From a virus (Duplodnaviria > Caudoviricetes): a DNA stretch of 64,000 bases. Numbering within the stretch: the stretch's first letter is position 1; each line of letters begins with the position of its first letter. The notes under the pieces were generated by a model. It saw only the letters and a program-made list of their open reading frames with translations. It ran no database searches and had not been told where the DNA came from. This document shows positions 48,178-58,600 of this stretch, in pieces. A program made the position numbers and the translations under genes. The DNA lies in the IMG/VR virus record IMGVR_UViG_3300020577_005688, positions 1-64,000 of that record. One strand, 5' to 3'.

Positions 48178-50832
48178 TCACTCCTGCGAGTACTGAAGAG
48201 CCTTCAACGAGAGGATAACCTCTTCCATGTTCTTCATTGACCGCTCGACTGCTCCAATCGGGATTTCCTTCATGCCGAGGTAACCAGCAAGAACCATCTC
48301 AGCCATCTTCTCAGAGCACTGCTCAAGCTCTGGCAAGAACTCGATGAAGGTCGAGAGGTTCTCTGGATTGATGAAGTTCAAGGCCAAGACTTTATCGACT
48401 GTACCCTGGTCTTCCATCTGGGCGGCTTCCTTGATGAGGTCCTTCCTCAAGTCAGGGAGCTTGGAGAGAAGGCTGGAGGCTGTCTTCACAGACTCCTGGA
48501 ACCTCTCAGCCAATGGAACAATGGTCTTCAACCCAGCGAGCTTGACCGAGCCGGTCCTCCGAGCCTCAGCAACCTTCTGCTTTGCGGTCACACCATCGAC
48601 GCCAAGAAGACCGAGCATGAACTCAGCACTCACGGCATCGAGACTGTGCTTCAAGTCAGCAGCAACCTTGTCGAGGCCACACCCACCAACGATGTTGAAT
48701 GCACCGTTGTAGAAGAGAACAGCAGAGGTCTTCTCTCTGTTCACCTTCTTGGAAGAACCCACAGACTCTCCCTTTTCTGCGAGAGAGACTTTGGAGTTGA
48801 GACGAGTGAATCCCCAACCATGTGGGAGTGCGTACTCATCTTCTGCAATCTTCTGAGGGGTCTTGAGGCCTGGAATGATAGAGACCTTCACTTCGTTTCC
48901 GAAGGAATCGACTCCAATATAGCGCGGAACTCCATCGGACCCATTCATTCCAAACTTCACTTCGATGGGAGCAGAGGCCTGCGTCCCATCGGAAGAACGG
49001 AACACACCAAGACCCTTTGGAATGTCGATAGGCGGAGACACATCCTCTGACTCGACCTTCTCTCCAACGATGTCCTGCTGAATGGCGTGACCCTTTTCTC
49101 CAACAAACAGGCCAGTCTTCTGAGGTGAGAACGACTCGTCCCAGGCAAAGGTCTCTGGGAAGACCCAACCTTCCATGGTCTTTCCAGCAGTCGTCTGGAC
49201 CTTGTAACGACCGAACTCGGAAACAGCAGAAGTGTCTGAAGCTTCTTCTGTGTCGAGTTCAACTGGGTCAGAAACAGCAGTTGCTGTCTGGCCAGGCTGC
49301 ATTGCCTTCGCGACTGGAGCCCCAATTGCCTCTGCCACCTCTTCAAAGGGCACGACTTGACCCTGAGCTTGGGCACCGCCTGCAAACGCCTGAACGTTTG
49401 CCGACTTCACCATGAAGGCTCCACCTGGGAGCTTCTGGAATGTCACAACAGAGGGCTCAATAGAATCGGCAAGCGTCTGCAGACGGTCATTTGCAGAAGC
49501 GAGCTTCGTGTCCATCACTTCGACAAGAGTCGCAGCAATGCCAGACTTCTTGAAACCCGCACGGAGGAACGGATCCGCTGCAACCTTCTCAACAAAGGCA
49601 TCCCTATCCGACTCTCGAAGAGTAGGAGCAATTGCTTGGAGAAGTGACGCAGTCTTCACTCCAGGCGAGGCAGCTGGCTTCTGTGGTTGAGCAGAAGACT
49701 TTTGAGCCTGAGCTGTTGCCTTTTGAGCCTGCTGACCTGGCGAAGGTGGATATACCTTTGGGTGGTATCCGTATTGGTTTGCGGCGATTGAGTAGACCTC
49801 GTTGATCACCTCTGGGTGGTCGTGGGTCATGTGCTTCTGAATCATCTTCTGAATCTTGTCGCTCTTGTAGATGGCCTCCCACTGCTCTTTCGAGATGTGC
49901 TTGAAGGCCTTCTTCTCCTTTGGCTTTGCTGCTTTTGGAGCCTTGGGAGCGGGAGCAGCCTCCTCCGGTGCTTCTTCCATTCCCCCTTCTTGAGCAGCTG
50001 CATCGAGACCCTGCTCATGTGGAGAAGGAGCAGCAGCCATCTGAACACCGGCCTGAGCTGCCAAGAGCTCTACATCAAGATTCCTCTTCTCCAAGTGGAG
50101 AGCGTCACGCTGAAGATTCTTCGCCATGCGCTGTGAGGCACGACCGGAAGACTCCTCAATAGTCTGCTCCATCTCACGCTGTGAGAGGTCCTCTTGGTCA
50201 AGAGTGAGAAACTGCTTCTGAAGTTCAAGAGCCTTCTCGAAGAGGGCGGTTCCAACATACTTCTTGAGCCACTCATCTCGATAATCGAGACTCGGCGAAG
50301 GTGATGACGAAATGGGCGAGCCCGCCTCAAGGGCCATTGCCATCTTGTACTCACCACCCATGCCGATTCCCGAACGCTGCGGAGGCATCAGAGGCTCGAC
50401 AAGACTTGGGTCTCTCGGCACAGATGTAGAGAGGTCAAACATTGCTGGGTTGAAGAGCGTCTCACGAATTCGCTCTTCACCGAGAGGAAGGACGCGCTCT
50501 CCATCCAAGAAGACGGAGAACGGACGTACTTGCCTCTCCTCCGCTACGAGAGGGATTCGAATATGAGGAATACCAGCCTCCTCATGCTCGATCTCTGGGC
50601 GTTCTGTCCTGTTCGCAACGTCAGCATAACCAAAGGCAAACCCACGCCCTTGATCAACCTTGTCGAGAGAGACATTCACTTCGTAATCAGACAGGAATGG
50701 ATACTGGCGGTGAAGTTCGCTGCCAATCTCCTGGCCCCAGTTATCTGGCGTCTCAGACAGACGATGAGTGAATCCAGCTTCCTTGGTCTGAGGCTCTTCA
50801 GTTGTTGCTGGACGCAGAAACAGTGAACGCAT
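48178..50832 (-). CDS. Large putative internal head protein with many KxA sites
   Basis: 884 aa; more than 12 K-x-(A/S) sites. Confidence 0.75.
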   Translation of the reverse strand: MRSLFLRPATTEEPQTKEAGFTHRLSETPDNWGQEIGSELHRQYPFLSDYEVNVSLDKVDQGRGFAFGYADVANRTERPEIEHEEAGIPHIRIPLVAEERQVRPFSVFLDGERVLPLGEERIRETLFNPAMFDLSTSVPRDPSLVEPLMPPQRSGIGMGGEYKMAMALEAGSPISSSPSPSLDYRDEWLKKYVGTALFEKALELQKQFLTLDQEDLSQREMEQTIEESSGRASQRMAKNLQRDALHLEKRNLDVELLAAQAGVQMAAAPSPHEQGLDAAAQEGGMEEAPEEAAPAPKAPKAAKPKEKKAFKHISKEQWEAIYKSDKIQKMIQKHMTHDHPEVINEVYSIAANQYGYHPKVYPPSPGQQAQKATAQAQKSSAQPQKPAASPGVKTASLLQAIAPTLRESDRDAFVEKVAADPFLRAGFKKSGIAATLVEVMDTKLASANDRLQTLADSIEPSVVTFQKLPGGAFMVKSANVQAFAGGAQAQGQVVPFEEVAEAIGAPVAKAMQPGQTATAVSDPVELDTEEASDTSAVSEFGRYKVQTTAGKTMEGWVFPETFAWDESFSPQKTGLFVGEKGHAIQQDIVGEKVESEDVSPPIDIPKGLGVFRSSDGTQASAPIEVKFGMNGSDGVPRYIGVDSFGNEVKVSIIPGLKTPQKIAEDEYALPHGWGFTRLNSKVSLAEKGESVGSSKKVNREKTSAVLFYNGAFNIVGGCGLDKVAADLKHSLDAVSAEFMLGLLGVDGVTAKQKVAEARRTGSVKLAGLKTIVPLAERFQESVKTASSLLSKLPDLRKDLIKEAAQMEDQGTVDKVLALNFINPENLSTFIEFLPELEQCSEKMAEMVLAGYLGMKEIPIGAVERSMKNMEEVILSLKALQYSQE

Positions 50833-50841
50833 GTGTTCTCC

Positions 50842-51945
50842 TCAAGCGGGACTTGCCAGAAGGGTTGTTGAAGTCATTGCAGGTGCCGGAGGTGGCACAA
50901 GAGGCGGGGTGGTGGGTTGTGGAGGACCGCCAGGAATTGCAAGGGCAGGGTTTGGGACAACAGTGTGAATATGAGTGCTCAACCACGTCAAGAGTGGGAT
51001 GGCGAGTGCAACTGGCTGAGGCGAGTTACCGACCAAGACTGTTGACCCCATTTGAATAGTTGGAGCACCTTTGATGGTGACCACTCCAGTAAGAGCTTGG
51101 ATGGTTACACCGGATTGCCCAGAGACTTCAACTGTACTCCCACCAGAAATCGTGACTTTTGAAGCGCTCTTCACCAAGACGTCCTGCTGCGCATCGATGG
51201 TGAACTTCCCTTTTACTGTCCAAAGAACATCTTTCTCCACCGTCCAGCTTACATCTCCATCCTTATTGAGAGTCAGAGAGATCTTCCGGGCTGCCCCAGA
51301 AGCACCTGACTCTTTGATAACCAGACTCAGGATAGTCTTTTGACCGCTCCCATGGGAACCTACTTGAAGTTCGGCGAGAGGCTTCTCATCTGAGGCTTTC
51401 TCTCTTGCTGAAATCTTCAGGGTCGTTGGGCGATTTCCATCTGTATCGGTTTCTGTTCGTTGAACAGTCCAATCCAGGTCCCCGCCGATTGTCTGGAGAG
51501 AGTAGTTCTCGCAGAAATCTTTGATGGTATTCGTCACAGGAAGAAAGAGCCTCTGACTCAGAGGGCCGCCACCAATCTGAACAACGCCTCCTCTCCGAAG
51601 AATCAGAAAATTCTCATCCCTCGTACCGAGGTAGATGTCACCTGGATTCAAGTCTGGTCTGCGAGATCTGAAATTGCCTTCCTCTGCAGCAGCAGCCCAT
51701 CCCAGTACAAAAGGACGATTGCCGTCAGATGGAAAGCAAATCCAACAGAGGCTCCCTACTTCCGGCATGAAGTGGATTCCCTCACCGTTTACAAAGTGAA
51801 GGTAAGGAGTGGACCACGTAATTCCAGTTTGTGGTTTCTTCGAGAACTGAGTCGTAACAGAGAGTGTGAAAGAGCTGATGTCTACATCAAGCACTCTTCC
51901 AGACTCAATGAATGCAGGGCTTGTTCCTTGGTGAGTGACAGCCAT
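50842..51945 (-). CDS. Baseplate central spike (gpV/gp5-like)
   Basis: OB-fold MPEVGS...PFVLG, beta-strand repeats, apical HxH (THIH). Confidence 0.8.
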   Translation of the reverse strand: MAVTHQGTSPAFIESGRVLDVDISSFTLSVTTQFSKKPQTGITWSTPYLHFVNGEGIHFMPEVGSLCWICFPSDGNRPFVLGWAAAAEEGNFRSRRPDLNPGDIYLGTRDENFLILRRGGVVQIGGGPLSQRLFLPVTNTIKDFCENYSLQTIGGDLDWTVQRTETDTDGNRPTTLKISAREKASDEKPLAELQVGSHGSGQKTILSLVIKESGASGAARKISLTLNKDGDVSWTVEKDVLWTVKGKFTIDAQQDVLVKSASKVTISGGSTVEVSGQSGVTIQALTGVVTIKGAPTIQMGSTVLVGNSPQPVALAIPLLTWLSTHIHTVVPNPALAIPGGPPQPTTPPLVPPPAPAMTSTTLLASPA

Positions 51946-51954
51946 CGTGCCTCC

Positions 51955-52629
51955 TCAAGGAGAGTTATACTGTTTAATGGTTTTTTGTTCTTGGAGGTCC
52001 GTCAGTCTTCTCCTTGCGTGTCTTGAGAGACGAGTACCCGACCCATATGGAATTCGAGCGGGCATTAGTGACGCTTCACCAATACCCTCTCTATAGTGCT
52101 TCATATGAGCCCTAACTGCCTCATTTCCGGGAGGGAGGGTCGCTAGACGATTGTGCTCCCGAAAAATAACATCTGGGCTTCTATGACCGTAATGGGCGGC
52201 TCCAATTCGTCCACGAACGGAAGATTCGTCAAGTTCGTGACCTTTAACAACTGCATGAAGCATCTTTCTTTGGTCCGCAGGGACCTTCGGAGCATTGCCG
52301 AGTCCTCCGAGAGTTGAGCTGTGCATTTGCTTTTGAATAGAACCACTGCCCGGAAAAATAGCGGGTCGGTCTCTGACGAGCTTCGAGACGGGCTGGCTCT
52401 CTACTGCCGATCGAACGTGCTCACCTGCACCCGGAGAAATCAAGTTGGCACTTCTAACGGCGTCACCAACGAGTCGACTTTTATTTGGGGAGGCAGAGAG
52501 GAATGGCTGTACTCGTGCAGACGCTTTTGGAAGCTGAATTCTCTTGGCAAGAGACAAAACCTTAGAGGCCTGATCAGCACCAAAAGCAATCTTTACTAGC
52601 TCATCAGAGAAAGACTCAAAGGAGATCAT
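51955..52629 (-). CDS. Basic protein with FSDELVKIA leader (putative capsid cargo)
   Basis: TAATG coupling to the RNAP stop; GHELDE/GH/EH residues in the C-terminal half. Confidence 0.75.
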   Translation of the reverse strand: MISFESFSDELVKIAFGADQASKVLSLAKRIQLPKASARVQPFLSASPNKSRLVGDAVRSANLISPGAGEHVRSAVESQPVSKLVRDRPAIFPGSGSIQKQMHSSTLGGLGNAPKVPADQRKMLHAVVKGHELDESSVRGRIGAAHYGHRSPDVIFREHNRLATLPPGNEAVRAHMKHYREGIGEASLMPARIPYGSGTRLSRHARRRLTDLQEQKTIKQYNSP

Positions 52630-55600
52630 TAGTAGTGGCCCTTTGGCTTTGAAGGATGGCCCTTCCCGAACTCTGCACCAAACGCGACACCTGGGATTGG
52701 GTGTTTTCCGTGGATGTCTGACTTCCATCCCTGAGATGCCGCCTGTTGCAGAGTACTGTGGAGCTCACGATAGTTGAGACGTGCCATCCAGTCTGACGTT
52801 CCGGTCAGCGGCAACTGAGAGATGCTCTTCAGGATAGGTTCGTGAGTAATTGGGCGCTTGTCCTTTGGAAGACCTCTGTTGTGTTCATCCACGATAGAGG
52901 TTGGGACGATGTCGCCGTGGAGGAAATCACTTGTTCCTGGGTCCTTTACCTTTGTGAGATTCGTCAAAGCTCGAACCACTACCTCAACGTTCCTCTTTCT
53001 AACTCCTTCCTTCTCGTACAGACCACCATACATCTCATTTGTGAGATGGTTTTGGACGGTGTGCATGTCTGTGAGTGGTAGGAGGTGATGAGGATTGATG
53101 AATCCGTGAGAGACTGGTGTTCCTTTCTTCACCTCATCCCCAACCTTCAGGTCTGTATTCACCAAGTCCTTTGGAACGAAGTGGCGCTCGTCTCCGATGA
53201 AAATATCGACGCCACCAACACTGTCCCTCTTGATGTTCGTAATCTTCCCAGAAGTGCGAGCAAGAGTGGCCGAGTTCTTCAACTTCGCTGGCATGTTGAG
53301 AGCGTTACGAAGCCGAGTCAACCGGTCTACTGACATTGCTCCTCGACCAGTAGCAACACCACCAGTGTGGAACGCGTCCATCGCCATCTGAACTGCAGGC
53401 TCCGAGAGCGCCTGTCCAGCGAGAACACCGATGTTCGTTCCGACATCGTGGAGTTTCCCACTCTCATTCAATCCGAAGCACTTCGCACAGATTCCTTCTC
53501 CGTGCTGGCACTTCAGTGGAGAACGCACCAAGACCTTGTCGATCTTTGAGTTCTTGAGTCGGTTGACGACTTCTGGCGTGACAAGTGTTCCAGCTTTGAT
53601 TTCATCTCCTTCCTTCAAACGATAAGACTTCGAGAGGAATCGGTCATGGATGTCTTTGTGGACAACATCCATCAGAACTCCATGGCTCGTCTTACAGTCT
53701 GGAGATGAAACAATCGTAGCAATCGTTGAGTTGATGATGTCCTTGGAGACAACACCAGGCTCAGACGTTCCAAGAACACGCTGCAGCGTTCCTTTTCGAG
53801 CTCCATGCTGGGCGAGCCAGTAGTCACCGATGTCCAGACCCTCTGCGTAGTTCTTGAGAATGGGGGTTGGGATGATGTTGTTTTGAGAGTCTTGAACAAG
53901 CATCGGGGCAGCAATCATCTGGCGAAGTTGCTCTGCCTTTCCACGTGCTCCTGACACGACCATGTCTGCAAGTCGATTCTGGCCAGCAGGCAACTTTGCG
54001 GCGTGCTCCAACTGTTCGGTCGCCTTTTGGTAGATGTCGATGATGCGTTTGTTCTGTTCATCTTTGTCTTTGACTGTGTTCTTGATTGCAGTCACTTGCT
54101 TCTGCGCATCACCAAGAATCTTGTGGCGCTGAGGAAGGGTGGCAAGGTCCTTGAGTCCAAAAGAGAAACCGAGCTTGTACGCCCACTCATTGCCGAGGTC
54201 TTTGAGTTGGTCGACTACTGAAGCGAAGTCTCTTGTGTGATTCTTTGCGAGGGGCGTGATGATTTGAGAGTTCAGAGACTTCTTATCGATAGTCCAGAGC
54301 GGATTGTGGAGAATGTCCTTGTTCAGATGGAAGTCGCGAGGCATCCTCGACTCAAGCAGAAGACGACCGAAGGTAGTCTCCTTCCCACCAATCTTCACGA
54401 CGTCGGTAGGCTTCACCTCTCCTCGGTCGACTGCCTTGTTGAGCTCCAGAGGTGTCTGGAACGACTTAGAGGTTTTCTCGCCCCATCGCGAGATGAGGTG
54501 CAGACCGAGCATTGAATCTTGCGTCGGTGCATACATGACTGCACCAGTAGTGGGAGAGAAGAGGTTCTTCGATGGGAACATCTTCTTTGCTTCCTCGACA
54601 GCTTCTCTTGTCAGAGGAACAGTACCTGCCATTGTATTGTGGACGATGACACCGCCAAATACGGCAAAAACATGGCTCTCGTCATCAACTTCGATGTCGA
54701 TCATCCGATCGTCATACGGCACTTCTTCGATGGTCTTGACTTCAAAACCGCGTGCGCTTTGTGATGAACGAGAATCCTTGCGCATGGTCTCATACTCCTC
54801 ACGAGCCTGACGCAACAGATCTCCTTTCTTGCCGGGGATCCGGTAGTCGAGAAGTTTAATGGCTTCTTTACCAAACGACAGAATGTAGCAAGGTCCGCAA
54901 GCATGGTCCCTGTCTCGGACAGAGAAAGGCAGTCCAAGCATATTCGCAATCAGAGCCATATCATCTCTCAAGGTTTTACTCTTTGACCACGTTCGAACAA
55001 GCCAACTTCCAGAACGAGTCACTTCGACAGATCCGTCCGATTGAATATACCCAGCGAGCATACCCTTCAAAAATTCCTCGCCCCTATACATGAGCGGGCC
55101 CATCACTGCCTTGCCTGTGCAGTAACGACCACAGAACGCAAGGAACTGCCTCGCCAGACCCACATCCGAGATCTGAAAATAACCGTGGTGAGAATCGGTG
55201 ACGTGGACGTTGAACTCTCTCTTCCACAGACCGATGAGGTACTCACGCTCAATAACAGGCTTGCAGGCGATCGAGATTCGTCCACCTCCTTGAGGAGGTG
55301 GACGAACTTCTGCTGATCCGTCACCAAGGAAGTTACCGAAGATGACACCATTTTCGTAAGAGTACGTCTCACTAGAGAACGAGGGTTCGATGCGCTGATG
55401 ATCGAGTTCAGTTCCAATCTTCATATCACCGGGCTTCATTTCCCTACGCCCGACCATCAGTGAATGGTCTTCCGAAGCAATGAACGAGAGACCATTCTTG
55501 AGAGTGACTCGGAACTTCTTCTTATTCTCGACCTTGTGGAACGAGATGTTCTTGATCGGACGCCAGCCGTTGTAGGTGTAGGCTTCGATGTTCTTGACAG

Positions 55601-58600
55601 CAGAGACCCAATTCCCATCGCCTGCACCGAGAACTTCGATCAGTCTTCGACCAGTGACTTGCTGAACTGCGCCACTGAAACGGAGCGGAATCGGGGTGTC
55701 CAAGTCGATAGAGTCCCCGTCGAAGTCGGCGTTGTACCCACCAGTCACGAGAGGGTGAATCTGAATTGCCTTTCCCTCAATGAGCTTTGGTGTGAAAGCC
55801 ATGACAGAGAACTTGTGGAGAGCCGGGTCTCGCTTCAAGAGAAGAGGACGGTCTCGTACAACACGCTCAAGAGCGTCGAACGCAGACTTAGAACCTTTAC
55901 GCATCTCCTGCTGAGCTTCGAGAGGCTTGAAGCCTGTCTTTCCGAGTTCAGCAACAACGAAGGGCTTGTACAACTCCATTGCGGCACCCTTCGGGATGCC
56001 GACCTCATCAATCCCAAGACGAGGCTCTGGAACAATCGTTGAGCGAATTGAGAGGTTCTGACGCCTCTTCACGAGTCTGGATTGGAAATACGCATCCTTC
56101 GGTTGCTCTCCATCGCCGCCACCGATGATGTCGAGGATGCCCTTCAAGGCGCGTTTGGCACCTGCAGGAGAGTCCATGTCATAACCGACAGAACCTCCCA
56201 CTGATTGAAGTGCCTTCACACTCTCGTACAACTGTGAGCGCAGAGGCATTCTGACTTGCTCTGGGAATACCTTCGGGTCGGCCTCCACAAGCTTGTTATT
56301 CAGAATCGCAATGTTCTTGTACAGACCGTTCAAAGAAGATGTTTGAAGATCTCCCTTTGGAGTTACTGTTGCTGGTCGGAAAGCTGGAGGGAGCACAGGA
56401 ACGTACTTCATGATGTACGCTTCGTGCGGTTTCAGTCCTGCTTCGTCGACTGCAAGAAGGTACTTCATCTTCTTGTTCGCTCTGTCGAGGTCCGCTCCAG
56501 TGAGAATCGGGAGACGCTCCTTGAGCGTCTTAATCTCGGCCTTGACGTCAACCTTCTTCAGGGCTTCAAGAACTGCCTCACCACCAGTCTTACCGTGGAG
56601 CTTCGTCTCTCCATTCATGACTGACTCAAACTCCTTCATCTTCATTCCAAGAAGAGAAGGGATCGGTCCAGGGCGATGATTCGAACCCACGAAGATGGGA
56701 TTGGGGATTGGCTCGGTCAACTTGATGAATCCCCACTTGGAGCCACTCAAGCCTCCAGTTGCGACCGGGTCAAAGAGGCCTCCCTTCTCCTCCTTCAAGT
56801 CCTTTGCCCTGAGAAGGAGGTGTCCCTTCGTGATTTCTCCACGAGCCCCACCCGCCATCTCAACGACTTTCTTGTCTGTGAGCGGAGTCAGTTGAAGAAT
56901 TGACCCCTTCTTCTCCACATTGACGCCGAGTCCGTTCAACAATCCAACAAACTTCTGGTAGCTGAATGGAGCTTTTGGAGGAGGAGGCTCGTATCCTTCT
57001 TGAATCATGTTCCAGAAGGTAGAGTCCTGCATGTCGGACTTGTACGTCGCCATTTCACGAATGTTGTGGCGAGCGTTGTGCGCCAAGAGAGAATAGAGAT
57101 CGAGGGCACCGATACCCTGACCTCCTCGCTCTCCACCTTTCGTAGGAGCTCTATCGATGTCGTAAGTAAGAGGACGGCCATTGATGTCTGTTCCTCCTCC
57201 TCGAACTGTGAGCTTCTTCTCGACTTGGTGCTTGAGTTTGAGAAGGTGTTGAGGACCAACGAGGACGGACCCAAGAACCTTGCTCGGATTCATAGGGTCG
57301 AACACGCTCTCCTCATCAGAGATACCGTGCTTCTTCAATTCTTGGAGGACCTTTTCTCGGTTGTCTGAGTTTGGGCCTTCGAAGTTATTGACGATGTACG
57401 TCTTCCCTGTCTTCTCTGCAATCTTACCAGCTGCAGTCTCAAGTACCTGACCGACGTTGATTCTCGTAGGTACGCCAGTCGGGTTCAGAAGAACTTCGAG
57501 AGGACGCTTTTCCCCCTTCTCGTCCTTCGTGAAAGGCATCTCATGGTCGGGGAGAATCATCGTCACGATTCCCTTGTTTCCGTGACGACCGGAGAGCTTG
57601 TCTCCGATAACAACAGGCTCGACTGTCTTTACGTAGACTTTTGCACCTCTGCCCGAGGGGTCTTTGACAATCTTGACTACCTCACCCTGGTGGTCTTCGT
57701 CCCAAACAAGTGACTTATCCTTGTAAGGTTGGAATGCTCGCTTTCCGAGAGCAGCAAGGGCACTTCCCTGCCTTGAGGCGAGGTTCTTCCCAACTGCAGC
57801 AATCAACACCTGGCCTGGGTTTACCTTCGACCCAACGCGGATGATGCCGTCATCGTCCAACATCCCGAGCTGTTCTTTGGTCAGTTGATTGGATCGAGTG
57901 GCAGCGAACGCAACGAACTTATTCTTCGAGATGACGTCGTTGTCTGGGTCAAACTCCACAGACTTCTTGTGGAGGTGCTCTGAGCTCAGTTTCTTAGAAG
58001 CGGTCTCAGAAATAACAATACCGTCTTCGTAGTTGTAACCCTTGTACGGGATGTACCCCACTCGGAGATTTGAACCGAGCGCGAGAGCTCCTCCCTTTGT
58101 GAAGTTCGAGTCCGCGATAACTTGGCCCTGAGAGACCTTGTCGCCGACCTTTACGACGGCCTCAGAGTGCATCATTCCCTTTGGGTCGTTGAGGGGGAAG
58201 TGATTGTACAGATGTACTTGGTGGTTCTTCTTTCCGTCATTGATGACGATGTGGTCGTCTTTGACTGTCTTCACCGTTCCAGAGATGGGGGCTCGATGTG
58301 AGCTGAACCCACCCAGGACTTTCTCGAAAGTCATTGAAGGGTCGGCGTGATCTGTCTTCGATTGAACGAGAGGAGCTTCTCGATACTTCAGACTGATGGC
58401 TTGCTCCATCTGCTTATCTGCCATCGAGACTCTGTTGCCTTGGTTCGATGGGAGGAAAGGAATGAGGTTCGATGCCATGTCGAACATGCCCTTCGATGAG
58501 GGCATAACAAAGCCAGCTTCCGAGAACGGCCGAACTTCAATCGACCCTCCAGGGAGCTTTACTTTCACCATGTTCGAGATTGGGACTGGCTTTCCCTTCA

